Shown here: piece after piece, positions 27,888 to 36,787 of the stretch
How the letters are laid out: each line of letters begins with the position of its first letter
Position numbering within the stretch: position 1 is the first letter of the stretch
DNA from: an uncultured Thermotogaceae bacterium
GTDB lineage: Bacteria > Thermotogota > Thermotogae > MWEM01
Direction: 5' to 3'
NCBI GenBank assembly: GCA_964580185.1
Contig: CAZOJQ010000006.1
Location: 10,240-74,239 of the forward strand
Length of the DNA stretch: 64,000 nucleotides
The notes under the pieces: model-generated
What the model was told of the DNA's origin: nothing
What the model saw: the letters and a program-made list of their open reading frames with translations, nothing else
The model's database searches: none
Position numbers and translations under genes: made by a program

Positions 27888-28085
27888 ATGGAAGATGAAC
27901 AGAATCCCGGCATCGCGAGAATCGAGAAAAAACTGGATCGCATTCTGAACCACCTGAACAACGATGCACAGAACCTTGTGGAAGAGATTCAGACACTAAA
28001 AAAACACTTTTCCGCTTTGGAGACGATGTTCTATATCCTCTTGGGCGGGATGGGCATCATGATTGTTTTGCTGTTCGTCCGATGA
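27888..28085 (+). CDS. Small hypothetical tail-anchored protein (65 aa)
   Basis: AAGGAGGTG 11 nt upstream. Charged helical N-terminus and a C-terminal TM helix (MFYILLGGMGIMIVLLFV). Weak support. Confidence 0.3.
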   Translation: MEDEQNPGIARIEKKLDRILNHLNNDAQNLVEEIQTLKKHFSALETMFYILLGGMGIMIVLLFVR

Positions 28086-28145
28086 CCCGAACTCCTTAGG
28101 AATCTGGTTCCGATCATGGAATAATAGAACAACCGGGAGACCATT

Positions 28146-28802
28146 ATGGCCAAAAAAGGAAAAAGAACGAAAAAGATCCTCATATTCCTCACAACAGCAC
28201 TGATCGTGCTCTCTCTTGTCTTTATCTATGGATACATCGACTTTGTCTTTCAAAAAATTGGCGAAACCGGATTGACCCCTTTAAGCGATTGGAGAAGCTA
28301 TGTGGCCAGCATTCTGAATCGAGTTCCATGGGTCAATCAATTCGTCCAGTATGAGCCAAGGAAGGTGATTCCACAAGGCCAATACTATCAGGAAATCTAT
28401 GAAGTCTATATCGAACGGATCGATAAAGATCTCAAAGATTTGGAGGAAAAAGCCCGGAACCTTGAGGAGAAAGACTCCATATTAACTTCTAGAGAACGGC
28501 AATTGGACGCTCGTCAGCAAGAATTAGCCATGCGAGAAGAGCGTTTGAATACGGAGATCGCAGCCATGGAATCTATTGAAGCCCGATTGAATCAGCTAGC
28601 CGATTGGTTCAACAATTCCGATGAACGGTTGATCGCTCCGGCGCTTGCCGATCCCGCCATCTCCGTTGAGGAGATCGTTGGCGGGTTACGGCGTGTGGAT
28701 CCGGGAATTGCAGCGGATATCATCGCCCAATTGGCTCAGGTCAATCCTCAAAAGGCCGCGAGCATTTTAGCCTTGATGGCAGGAAAGGAGGTGACAAGAT
28801 GA
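28146..28802 (+). CDS. Flagellar operon protein with MgtE-N-like C-terminal helical domain (YlxF/MotE-like)
   Basis: N-terminal TM, coiled coil, then C-terminal ISVEEIVGGLRRVDPGIAADIIAQLAQVNPQKAASILALM. It sits immediately upstream of fliK, as ylxF does in Bacillus fla operons. Confidence 0.5.
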   Translation: MAKKGKRTKKILIFLTTALIVLSLVFIYGYIDFVFQKIGETGLTPLSDWRSYVASILNRVPWVNQFVQYEPRKVIPQGQYYQEIYEVYIERIDKDLKDLEEKARNLEEKDSILTSRERQLDARQQELAMREERLNTEIAAMESIEARLNQLADWFNNSDERLIAPALADPAISVEEIVGGLRRVDPGIAADIIAQLAQVNPQKAASILALMAGKEVTR

Positions 28803-31201
28803 ACATACTCAGTACAGAATGGACTCAGTCTCAAGTTGGAAGCCTAGTTCAAACCCCAAATCCAGAGAAAAGGATCCTTTCTGCTCCCGATTCCGATCGA
28901 CATACCCCATTCCAATCTTGGTTGGAACGCGATCCGGCAAATACCGAGCTTCGGAAAGAAACTCCTACGCGCCATTCGGATTCGCCCCATACTCCATATG
29001 AGCAGAAGAATACCGAACTCAAAGAACCCCCACCGAAGACACCGGGTTCCGCAAGACCGGAGGATCCATATTCTCCCAAGGAACCATCCTCCGCCAACAC
29101 CCATGTAGAAGAGGATAAAAATCGGGAAGAAGACCCTTCTCTGTTGGAGGAAAAGGACGCGGTTTGGGAAGAAGAAATCGATGATGAGGAAGAGGCGTCG
29201 GTTGATCCACACCTGTTGCTCCTGCTTGACAAGCTTTCTCTGCTTCCCGAAGAAGAGAGAAAGCGCTGGATAACAATGGTCCAAGCGTTACAGGGAAAAG
29301 ACATTGGACTCGTATTCTACGGAAGCCACAACCGAAAAGTAGAAGGAATGAGCAAAGTTCAGGCGGTTCAGCATTTCGTGCATGATCCGAGCGAACAAGG
29401 GCAAACCCCAACATCTCCCGAAGAAGAATCGAGCCTTGCTACCGAGCAAACCGATCCATCTCTTTCTGAAGAAGTACAGAAGAGCGCGAATGAAGGGCTC
29501 CAGACCGGAATGCCCGCTATGGATCCCTCCGACCGAAAGATTCCGCTGAAAGGGATTGACCAAAAACCTGCCCGTGAATCAAGCACGCCGCAGAACGTTC
29601 CGATTCAGAAAGAAACAAAAGGATTGGAACGGGTATTGTCCTCAAAAAAGACCGATTCTTCTGAACCGAAACACTCATCCAATCACAGCGATCATGAAGT
29701 CAAAAAAGCCATGGTTCAGAATCTCCCAAACTCCAAGCTTTCGGAATCCGCTTCAGAACGAGTACCTCTCGCAACCCAGAATCAACCGAAGGCTCATGGA
29801 AAGGAGAAAGAAGGAGATCATCCAAAACCTGCAAGCAATCCTGTATCGGATCAGAGAATCGGAGGGAACAAGCCTTCTCCAACAGGGAGATCGCCCGCGA
29901 CAGGTTCTGCGATCAACCGGGGGAAAAACTCTTCCGAGACGGTTTCTGCGCAAGGACGTAATTTTCTTGTTCAAGAAACCCGCTCTTCAGGAGAGATAAA
30001 CGGCTCAATCTCACCGAACCAAGGGAAACGTTCGGAAAACCCCGATCGTACCTTCCTGCGCTCTTTCTCTTCCTCTGAACTCCTTCCCGAAGAGTCTTTG
30101 GCTTCCAAGAGCCCGAATTTGAAGGAAATTTTACCCAATCCCCGAACCCAGTCTCCTTCTCTTTTCGTTCGGATGAAAGAAGGCCCCAAAGAAGCCATCA
30201 CAACCATGAAAGAACTCGTGAAACTCGGTAAGACCTTTTTGGAGCGGTATCAGCAAATCCGGTTGGAGCAAGGTGGGTTGAAGGTCCGCGTAGAGGAGTT
30301 TGTCGTTCGAAAGATGGAACGACCCGTTCCAAACAAGTATCTGGACCTGCGATCTGGGAAACCGTTGAATCGCTCCGAGCAAACCGACCCTACGCAAGCC
30401 AAACCTTCGATGGCTCGGATTCAACCCAAAGACCGTTTTTCGGTTGTGTACGATCGGCAGCCCACTCAAGGTCGAATCGTGACTGTGTCTCAGTTGATGG
30501 ATCAAAGCAACGAACAACCAACGCGCGAATCGACCCCCACAACGGGCCAATCAACGTCCAAACATCCGGAACCGGTCAAATCCTACGCTGATGCAAAAGC
30601 CTCTTCGTCCGAACAGACCACTTCGCATTTGGAGCAATTCATTCCAAAATTGCCCAAGAATTCGGACATAGAAACGCAATCCGAAGAACGGACCGTATTC
30701 GGAAAATATGGACAACAAACCCTCTCCCTGGAACATCAGATTCGGTTTTCCCCGGAGATCCTGCAACGGAATATGGAAGAGGTGATCCAGAAGGTTCAGG
30801 AGGTAGCCAAACTGGCCCGTCAGACGCTTCACACCGCAACCATCCAGCTGAACCCCCCACAAATGGGAAAGGTGGAAGTGGAGGTGCAGAAGATGGGTCT
30901 AAAGGTAATCATCCACATGAATACGGAAACAGAACAAGCCAAAGAGATGCTGCAGAGAAACAGCCACCTGCTTGTTTCCCGATTATCCAGCTCGGGTTAT
31001 GATGTCCAGCGAGTCCAGATCCACATGGAAAAACAGGAAGAACAAGGTGATCAACAACAGCAATCGCATCATCGGAGAGACGATGAGCAACAGCAACACC
31101 CGGAATCCCAAGCCCGGCAACGAAAAGACGCGGATGAAGAAAGGCTTTCTCCCGCTTTTCCTTTTGCCGAGCTATTGAAAGGAGTGGAACAGCATGCTTG
31201 A
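28799..31201 (+). CDS. fliK: Flagellar hook-length control protein FliK, unusually long (800 aa) with an acidic Pro/Ser/Glu-rich disordered N-terminal region
   Basis: C-terminal Flg_hook domain (QLNPPQMGKVEVEVQKMGLKVIIHMNTETEQAKEMLQRNSHLL) followed by a Q-rich tail. AAGGAGGTG SD and ATGA overlap with the upstream gene. Confidence 0.7.
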   Translation: MNILSTEWTQSQVGSLVQTPNPEKRILSAPDSDRHTPFQSWLERDPANTELRKETPTRHSDSPHTPYEQKNTELKEPPPKTPGSARPEDPYSPKEPSSANTHVEEDKNREEDPSLLEEKDAVWEEEIDDEEEASVDPHLLLLLDKLSLLPEEERKRWITMVQALQGKDIGLVFYGSHNRKVEGMSKVQAVQHFVHDPSEQGQTPTSPEEESSLATEQTDPSLSEEVQKSANEGLQTGMPAMDPSDRKIPLKGIDQKPARESSTPQNVPIQKETKGLERVLSSKKTDSSEPKHSSNHSDHEVKKAMVQNLPNSKLSESASERVPLATQNQPKAHGKEKEGDHPKPASNPVSDQRIGGNKPSPTGRSPATGSAINRGKNSSETVSAQGRNFLVQETRSSGEINGSISPNQGKRSENPDRTFLRSFSSSELLPEESLASKSPNLKEILPNPRTQSPSLFVRMKEGPKEAITTMKELVKLGKTFLERYQQIRLEQGGLKVRVEEFVVRKMERPVPNKYLDLRSGKPLNRSEQTDPTQAKPSMARIQPKDRFSVVYDRQPTQGRIVTVSQLMDQSNEQPTRESTPTTGQSTSKHPEPVKSYADAKASSSEQTTSHLEQFIPKLPKNSDIETQSEERTVFGKYGQQTLSLEHQIRFSPEILQRNMEEVIQKVQEVAKLARQTLHTATIQLNPPQMGKVEVEVQKMGLKVIIHMNTETEQAKEMLQRNSHLLVSRLSSSGYDVQRVQIHMEKQEEQGDQQQQSHHRRDDEQQQHPESQARQRKDADEERLSPAFPFAELLKGVEQHA

Positions 31202-31868
31202 TTTCAACCCGATCAGCAACTATGCAAACAATCCATCATCGACCAATCCAGCCAATCCAAAAAAGGAGTTGGACCGAGATGCCTTTTTGATGCTGCTGGT
31301 AACGGAGCTTCGGAATCAGAATCCTTTGGAACCCATGGAGAACAAAGATTTTGTCAATCAAATGGCTCAATTCACGACCCTGGAACAGATCACGAACATG
31401 TCCGTAGCTTTGCAAGATTTCTTGGGTACGATGAACTCGACCATGCGGCTCCAGGCATCCGGAGTTGTCGGAAAATATGTGGTCATTGAAGACCACCAGT
31501 TGTCTCTTAGGAACCAGATGCCCGTCAACGTCCTTTACAATTTGGAAGAGAAAGGCGAGGTTCGGATCCGGATTAAAGACAACCAAGGTCGAATGGTCTA
31601 TGAAAAGGCGATGGGAGTTATCGACCCAGGCCTTTACAGCTTTGTATGGGATGGACGGAACAATGCGGGCGTCATGCAACCCGACGGGGTTTATACCTAC
31701 GACTTGCTGCGGGTTGAAGGAGGCCAGGAGATTTCCTTCGGAGGCGTGGTCGGTGGACAAGTAGAGGCGGTTCAGTTTGAGGGCAACGAGATCTATGTCA
31801 TCGTTAATGGGGAGAAATATGCCTTCAATCGGATCATCGAAATCACTGAAGTGACGCAAGAAGCATAA
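31194..31868 (+). CDS. flgD: Flagellar hook assembly/capping protein FlgD
   Basis: DAFLMLLVTELRNQNPLEPMENKDFVNQMAQFTTLEQ FlgD N-terminal motif and a C-terminal FlgD Tudor/Ig-like domain. Overlaps fliK by 8 nt. Confidence 0.9.
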   Translation: MLDFNPISNYANNPSSTNPANPKKELDRDAFLMLLVTELRNQNPLEPMENKDFVNQMAQFTTLEQITNMSVALQDFLGTMNSTMRLQASGVVGKYVVIEDHQLSLRNQMPVNVLYNLEEKGEVRIRIKDNQGRMVYEKAMGVIDPGLYSFVWDGRNNAGVMQPDGVYTYDLLRVEGGQEISFGGVVGGQVEAVQFEGNEIYVIVNGEKYAFNRIIEITEVTQEA

Positions 31869-31885
31869 GACAGGAGGTGGGTCGG

Positions 31886-32290
31886 ATGACGGAAAACAAT
31901 TTGAATGTCAACAACAGACCCCTGCCCATATACGGGCCGTCTAAAAGGCAACAAGCGATACAAACTCGGCCCGAAGGCCAAACCTTCCAACAACTGGTCC
32001 AACAAATGGGAGAAACCGAACAAGGGATCAAGGTTTCTGCCCATGCCCAGAAGCGGATCGAGAACCGGCAAATCGAGTTCGATCCAACAACCCTGAAAAC
32101 TTTGGAACAAGTCTTGGATGTGGCCAAAACCAAGGGCTCCAACAAAACCTTGGTTATGTTGGGAAATACCGCCTATCTCTTGAGTGTCAAAGACCGCACT
32201 CTGGTAACAGCAATGGACAGCCAGGAGATGAATGAACATTTTTTTACGCAGATTGATAGTGTATACGTGAACGGGGCCGGTCCTCGCTGA
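31886..32290 (+). CDS. Small flagellar operon protein (TIGR02530-like, found between flgD and flgE in Firmicutes and spirochaetes)
   Basis: AGGAGGTG SD 6 nt before ATG 31886. Position between flgD and flgE. Assignment comes from gene order and size, from memory. Confidence 0.45.
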   Translation: MTENNLNVNNRPLPIYGPSKRQQAIQTRPEGQTFQQLVQQMGETEQGIKVSAHAQKRIENRQIEFDPTTLKTLEQVLDVAKTKGSNKTLVMLGNTAYLLSVKDRTLVTAMDSQEMNEHFFTQIDSVYVNGAGPR

Positions 32291-32360
32291 AATGAGGGAG
32301 CCCCCGGGCGGTGACTGTTCGATCCGCCCGAACCAATTGAATCAAAGGAGGTAGATCATT

Positions 32361-34853
32361 ATGATGCGCTCCATGTTCAGCGGAATCTCGGGGCTCAAGG
32401 GATTTCAGCAGGCAATGGACGTCATTGGCAACAATATTGCCAATGTCAATACTGTGGGCTTCAAGGGAGGACGAACCACCTTCCAGTCCATGATGATGCA
32501 AACGATTGTAGGGGCAAAATCCCCGGAAGAAGGAGGGCGCGGTGGGGTTAACGCGCTCCAGATCGGTCTGGGAACGATGATGGCCAGTGTCGATGTCCTG
32601 ATGAGTCAGGGTAGTTTTCAAAACACTGGGAAAAAGACAGATCTGGGCATTCAAGGAGACGGTTTCTTTGTCCTGAGCGATGGAATTCAGCGGTTCTATT
32701 CACGAGCTGGGAACTTTATGCTAGACGAAACGGGTCATTTCGTCCAACCTTCCACTGGTTTGAAACTCCAGGGTTGGGCCGCGCAAGTCGATCCTCGAAC
32801 GGGGACCCGATACCTCGATAAAGACAAACCACCATCGAGTATCTTCATTGCCGCAGGACTCACAATGCCCGCCAAGGCAACCCAAAACATGTCCATTGGA
32901 GGCAACCTCAACTCCGTTGTTGGGATCGAACCGATGACCATTTCCGTTCGAAATCCCAACGATCCCACGAAAACCTACAAAGTCCGGTTCACTTTCGAAA
33001 AGATTCCCCCATTCGACACCGAACGCCTATTCTCTGGTGGAACGGTAAAATACACCTGGAGAGCGGAGATTGTGGACTGGAACACGTTCAGTCCCTACGA
33101 AATCCCCAAACTCAACAACAACATTGGAATGGTCGAACTCAACCAGTTTGGCCAGGTCCAGCGGTTCTTACGGTACAGCACGAACACCGCACCCGGTCAA
33201 ATTGGTGGAGATCTTTTCGATGGAACGATTATCGGTGGAGATGCAGAACGCACTTGGTTCAACTATCATCCCACAGGGGGAAGCGCGATTGAAGATGCCG
33301 TTGTATCGTTGTTTTCGAATAACAGCGAAGGAATCTTGGACAAAATCATCACCAAAGCCTCCTTCCGGGCAGAGGAAGGGGTAGATTACGATATCGTACC
33401 CGCATTGACCGGAGATGGCCAGACAGTAGCCGTGACGATGCTGAACAATATCCGGCCCGCTTCCGGGGACTTGGTCCAAGTGGATTATTTTACCCGAGAG
33501 GCCGATATTGCTTACACAGGACAAACATCCGTTACCATTCGGGGACCAATCAGCGATCCAAGTAGTCTGATTGTCTATTCCGTTGACACTGGAGTAGCGA
33601 CCCCTTTAATTGAAGGCACCGATTGGCGGTACAACTCCAGCACTGGAGTGGTCTCTTTTCTTTCCGCTCTCCCCGCAGGAACCGACCATATTCGGTTGGA
33701 GTATCAGACGCAAGATTCCTTTGTTGGCACGGGCACCACTAGCCAATGGACTCTCAGCAGGCCTGCAATCCAGATGCCCGGCGGTCCACCGCATATGAAT
33801 GTGAACATCAACATGAAATTCAATGTAAATGAAGCATCGCGGCGTGTGGAATTCCGAGCTCCCTACCCGACAGCGGATCCCACCAAATTCCATATTTCAT
33901 ACGCAGATCCCTCTTTGGCCACCGACTTTGACACAATCGATGTGGTGGTAGGAGCGGATGTCAAAGCCAATATATCCTTCCAAAAGACGGGTGAGATCAA
34001 GTTTTACGATCTTAGTGATACACAGAACTTTGTCACTGGTGTCTACGAGTCTCCCCGGTTTTCCACCGCGACAACCGTATATGACTCATTAGGGAAACCC
34101 TACACCATCTATCTGGAGTTTCAAAAACTAAAAACCAACCAATGGGCATGGCGCGCGGTGGAAGAAAGCGGGATCCCTGTTGAGTATGTAGATGACAGGG
34201 AGATTCGATATATCCCCGATCCAAGCGACAATACCTCCATTGTGGGGGGAATCCTGGAATTCGACGCCTCCGGTAGGATTTCTGCCTACGGGGCCCTACG
34301 ACAGGATGGCCAAGTAGAAACCGATATCTCCATCATCCGCATCCGGTTTTCCCCGGGAGAGTTTGTGGATGACGGAGCTGCGCCTCCTCCTGAGGAAGGG
34401 GCCGCTCCGGTTTCCGCATTGCTGGATTTCTCAGAACTGGTTCAATTTGCCAGCCCCTTTTCCGCGACCGTCCGAGAGCAAGATGGGAATGCCATGGGTG
34501 TGCTTCAAGCTTTTGCCATCAATAATATCGGACAGGTTGTGGGCACGTTCACAAACGGACGTTCGGATGTGCTCGCTCAATTGGCCATGGCCATTTTCAA
34601 CAACCCAGCTGGCTTGATGGATATGGGCAATACGCTCTATTCCGAAAGCGCAAACAGTGGAACCGCTCAGATTGGGTTCGCGGGCACCGGGGGACGAGGA
34701 CTCATTTCCCCAGGCGTGTTGGAAATGTCCAATGTAGACCTTGCCGAGGAATTTACGGGCATGGTCATCGTTCAAAGGGCCTTCCAGGCCAACGCCCGGA
34801 CAATCACGACTGCCGATCAGATTTTGCAGGAATTGGTGAATCTGAAGCGGTAG
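32361..34853 (+). CDS. flgE: Flagellar hook protein FlgE, giant form (830 aa) with a large central insertion
   Basis: N-terminal MMRSMFSGISGLKGFQQAMDVIGNNIANVNTVGFKG and C-terminal GVLEMSNVDLAEEFTGMVIVQRAFQANARTITTADQILQELVNLKR are canonical hook-protein termini. AAAGGAGG SD. Confidence 0.9.
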   Translation: MMRSMFSGISGLKGFQQAMDVIGNNIANVNTVGFKGGRTTFQSMMMQTIVGAKSPEEGGRGGVNALQIGLGTMMASVDVLMSQGSFQNTGKKTDLGIQGDGFFVLSDGIQRFYSRAGNFMLDETGHFVQPSTGLKLQGWAAQVDPRTGTRYLDKDKPPSSIFIAAGLTMPAKATQNMSIGGNLNSVVGIEPMTISVRNPNDPTKTYKVRFTFEKIPPFDTERLFSGGTVKYTWRAEIVDWNTFSPYEIPKLNNNIGMVELNQFGQVQRFLRYSTNTAPGQIGGDLFDGTIIGGDAERTWFNYHPTGGSAIEDAVVSLFSNNSEGILDKIITKASFRAEEGVDYDIVPALTGDGQTVAVTMLNNIRPASGDLVQVDYFTREADIAYTGQTSVTIRGPISDPSSLIVYSVDTGVATPLIEGTDWRYNSSTGVVSFLSALPAGTDHIRLEYQTQDSFVGTGTTSQWTLSRPAIQMPGGPPHMNVNINMKFNVNEASRRVEFRAPYPTADPTKFHISYADPSLATDFDTIDVVVGADVKANISFQKTGEIKFYDLSDTQNFVTGVYESPRFSTATTVYDSLGKPYTIYLEFQKLKTNQWAWRAVEESGIPVEYVDDREIRYIPDPSDNTSIVGGILEFDASGRISAYGALRQDGQVETDISIIRIRFSPGEFVDDGAAPPPEEGAAPVSALLDFSELVQFASPFSATVREQDGNAMGVLQAFAINNIGQVVGTFTNGRSDVLAQLAMAIFNNPAGLMDMGNTLYSESANSGTAQIGFAGTGGRGLISPGVLEMSNVDLAEEFTGMVIVQRAFQANARTITTADQILQELVNLKR

Positions 34854-34876
34854 TTTTCTTCCCCATAACGACAAAA

Positions 34877-34909
34877 CCGGAGCGATCGCTGGGTTGCTCC
34901 GGTTTTTTT
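34877..34909 (+). terminator. Intrinsic terminator after flgE
   Basis: CCGGAGC-gatcgctgggtt-GCTCCGG hairpin followed by TTTTTTT. Confidence 0.7.
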
Positions 34910-34983
34910 CCGGTAAGGACTTGCATTTTCTGGATAATTATGGTAAAATCGCCTTGCTCCCAAAAGAGCAGATCATGACCAGG

Positions 34984-35059
34984 GAGCCGCTAGCTCAGCC
35001 GGTAGAGCACGTGACTTTTAATCACGGGGCCGAGGGTTCGAGTCCCTCGCGGCTCACCA
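34984..35059 (+). tRNA. tRNA-Lys (anticodon TTT), CCA encoded
   Basis: GAGCCGC-TA-GCTC-AGCCGGTA-GAGC-A-CGTGA-CTTTTAA-TCACG-GGGCC-GAGGG-TTCGAGT-CCCTC-GCGGCTC-A-CCA. Confidence 0.9.
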
Positions 35060-35067
35060 ATGATCAC

Positions 35068-35153
35068 GCGAGGGTGGCGGAACTGGCAGACGCGTTGGAT
35101 TTAGGATCCAATGAGAGATTCTCGTGTGGGTTCAAGTCCCACCTCTCGCACCA
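35068..35153 (+). tRNA. tRNA-Leu (anticodon TAG), type II with long variable arm, CCA encoded
   Basis: GCGAGGG acceptor, anticodon stem-loop TTGGA-TTTAGGA-TCCAA, a long variable arm, T-arm GTGGG-TTCAAGT-CCCAC, CTCTCGC-A-CCA. Confidence 0.9.
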
Positions 35154-35163
35154 AAAAAACCAT

Positions 35164-35238
35164 GCGGGTGTAGCTCAGTGGTAGAGCACTTGCTTGCCAA
35201 GCAAGGGGTCGCGGGTTCGACCCCCGTCTCCCGCTCCA
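35164..35238 (+). tRNA. tRNA-Gly (anticodon GCC), CCA encoded
   Basis: GCGGGTG-TA-GCTC-AGTGGTA-GAGC-A-CTTGC-TTGCCAA-GCAAG-GGGTC-GCGGG-TTCGACC-CCCGT-CTCCCGC-T-CCA, with one U6/U67 mismatch in the acceptor stem. Confidence 0.85.
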
Positions 35239-35243
35239 AAAAA

Positions 35244-35267
35244 GGGGAACCGAGGTTCCCCTTTTTT
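35244..35267 (+). terminator. Intrinsic terminator after the tRNA cluster
   Basis: GGGGAAC-cgag-GTTCCCC followed by TTTTTT. Confidence 0.7.
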
Positions 35268-35302
35268 CTTTGTCGTAGCAACCCATACAGGAGGTGAAGA
35301 GG

Positions 35303-35821
35303 ATGAAGAAAATCGCAGCAGTCGGATTGCTTCTCGTAGTTATGGTCGTTGTTGGTGTGGCATACGATGCCATCACTGACTATCGGCAGATCCGATCCTT
35401 TACCTACAAGATCGTCTCGGGCGATGGAGAACTGTACTATGGCATGGAAATCACCCCAAAAGGCGACCAATACGAACTGAAAACAATTCAGACCCGTTTG
35501 GTTCCTGGTCATACGCCGATCGAAATGGATCAAGTGATGGGCTTCTTTTCGGCAGCGTGGATCTATGTCATGGTCAACCCCTTTTACACAATGCTTTTGA
35601 ACCAACTGGATCTGGATACCCCCCAACTCATGCTGATGGGTCTACAGATTCAACGGGGAGAACCCCAGCAAGTCGGTCCCTGGACAGGCGAAGCATTTAC
35701 CCTGATCAACCAAGGGCAAAAGATGCTCACGTGGATTCTGAGCTCCTCCATCGGATTGCCCCTGAAGACCATCTTCCACCAAGAACAAATCACGATGGAA
35801 TTGGTCGAATATGTCCAATAA
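35303..35821 (+). CDS. Hypothetical exported or membrane-anchored protein (172 aa)
   Basis: AGGAGGTG SD 7 nt before ATG 35303. N-terminal hydrophobic segment KKIAAVGLLLVVMVVVGVAY. No recognisable domain. Confidence 0.45.
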   Translation: MKKIAAVGLLLVVMVVVGVAYDAITDYRQIRSFTYKIVSGDGELYYGMEITPKGDQYELKTIQTRLVPGHTPIEMDQVMGFFSAAWIYVMVNPFYTMLLNQLDLDTPQLMLMGLQIQRGEPQQVGPWTGEAFTLINQGQKMLTWILSSSIGLPLKTIFHQEQITMELVEYVQ

Positions 35822-35824
35822 CCC

Positions 35825-36778
35825 TTAAAAACCAACTTTCGGGAATTGTTCCGCCCGGAGTGATTCGGAGATGGCATATGCGATCTCTCCTGCCACCTTC
35901 GCATTTTCGATAAGTAGGGAAATATTGGCCTTCATACTTGCCCCCTGAGATAGTTCTTTCACGCGCCGAAGCAGGAAAGGGGTAACCGCTTTCCCATCGA
36001 TGCCTTGGTCCTTTGCTTCTTGGATTGCCTGGTTGATTATCGGGTCCATCACGACGCTGGGAATCTCGTCTTCTTGGGGGACCGGGTTTGCCACCAATAT
36101 CGATCCGTCAATCCCGATATAATGTTTGGCATGATAGATCTGCGCGACCTCCTGGGCGTTTTCCACTCGGTGTTCGAGCCGTATGTCAGAAGACGCGCTG
36201 TAAAAGGCGGGAAAGAAACCTGTACGGTATCCGAGTGTCAGGATGCCCAAAGTTTCCAGCATCTCCAGAGTTTTGGGTAAATCAAGAACCGATTTGGCCC
36301 CTGAAGCCACTACCACCATCGGTATGCGCGAGAGGGTCGCAAGATCATGAGACACGTCGAACGTTTCAAGGTAGTTTCGGTGGACACCACCGATTCCGCC
36401 TGTAGCAAACACATTGATCTTTGCCAGATGGGCCAACCATGCTGTAGCGCTGACTGTTGTCGCGCCATTCATCTTTTTCCCCACTACAAAGGAGATATCG
36501 CACGCATTCACTTTCATGAACGAGGAAGCATCATGGGCTACACGCTCCAACTCATGGTCCAAGAGCCCGATCTTACACACGCCATCCAACACCGCAACCG
36601 TCGCCGGGATCGATCCGGAACGGGCAACCGCCTTTTGCATCTTGGAAGCCACTTCCAGGTTTTGGGGAAAGGGCAATCCATGCGCGATTAATGTGGATTC
36701 CAGCGCCACGACGGGTTTCCCCGATTGGATGGCGTGCTCCACAAAAGGTGATACTTCAAAAAAACCGTTCTTCATCAC
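35825..36778 (-). CDS. psuG: Pseudouridine-5'-phosphate glycosidase
   Basis: Indigoidine-synthase-A-like family blocks: PVVALESTLIAHGLP, ATVAVLDG, VHRNYLETFDVSHDL. Confidence 0.9.
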   Translation of the reverse strand: MMKNGFFEVSPFVEHAIQSGKPVVALESTLIAHGLPFPQNLEVASKMQKAVARSGSIPATVAVLDGVCKIGLLDHELERVAHDASSFMKVNACDISFVVGKKMNGATTVSATAWLAHLAKINVFATGGIGGVHRNYLETFDVSHDLATLSRIPMVVVASGAKSVLDLPKTLEMLETLGILTLGYRTGFFPAFYSASSDIRLEHRVENAQEVAQIYHAKHYIGIDGSILVANPVPQEDEIPSVVMDPIINQAIQEAKDQGIDGKAVTPFLLRRVKELSQGASMKANISLLIENAKVAGEIAYAISESLRAEQFPKVGF

Positions 36779-36787
36779 ATTCCTCCT

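Noticed and set aside
28844-29586. Several 90-150-aa ORFs on the minus strand (28844..29284, 28849..29304, 29019..29414, 29288..29563, 29368..29586)
   Set aside because: They lie antisense to the acidic low-complexity region of fliK. The open frames come from the compositional bias (GAA/GAG-rich sense strand gives stop-poor antisense frames), not from independent genes.
35101-35626. ORFs 35101..35376(-), 35132..35626(-), 35194..35379(+) overlapping the tRNA-Leu/Gly genes and the 35303 CDS
   Set aside because: They overlap structurally verified tRNAs and terminators and are antisense to an SD-supported CDS; no support.
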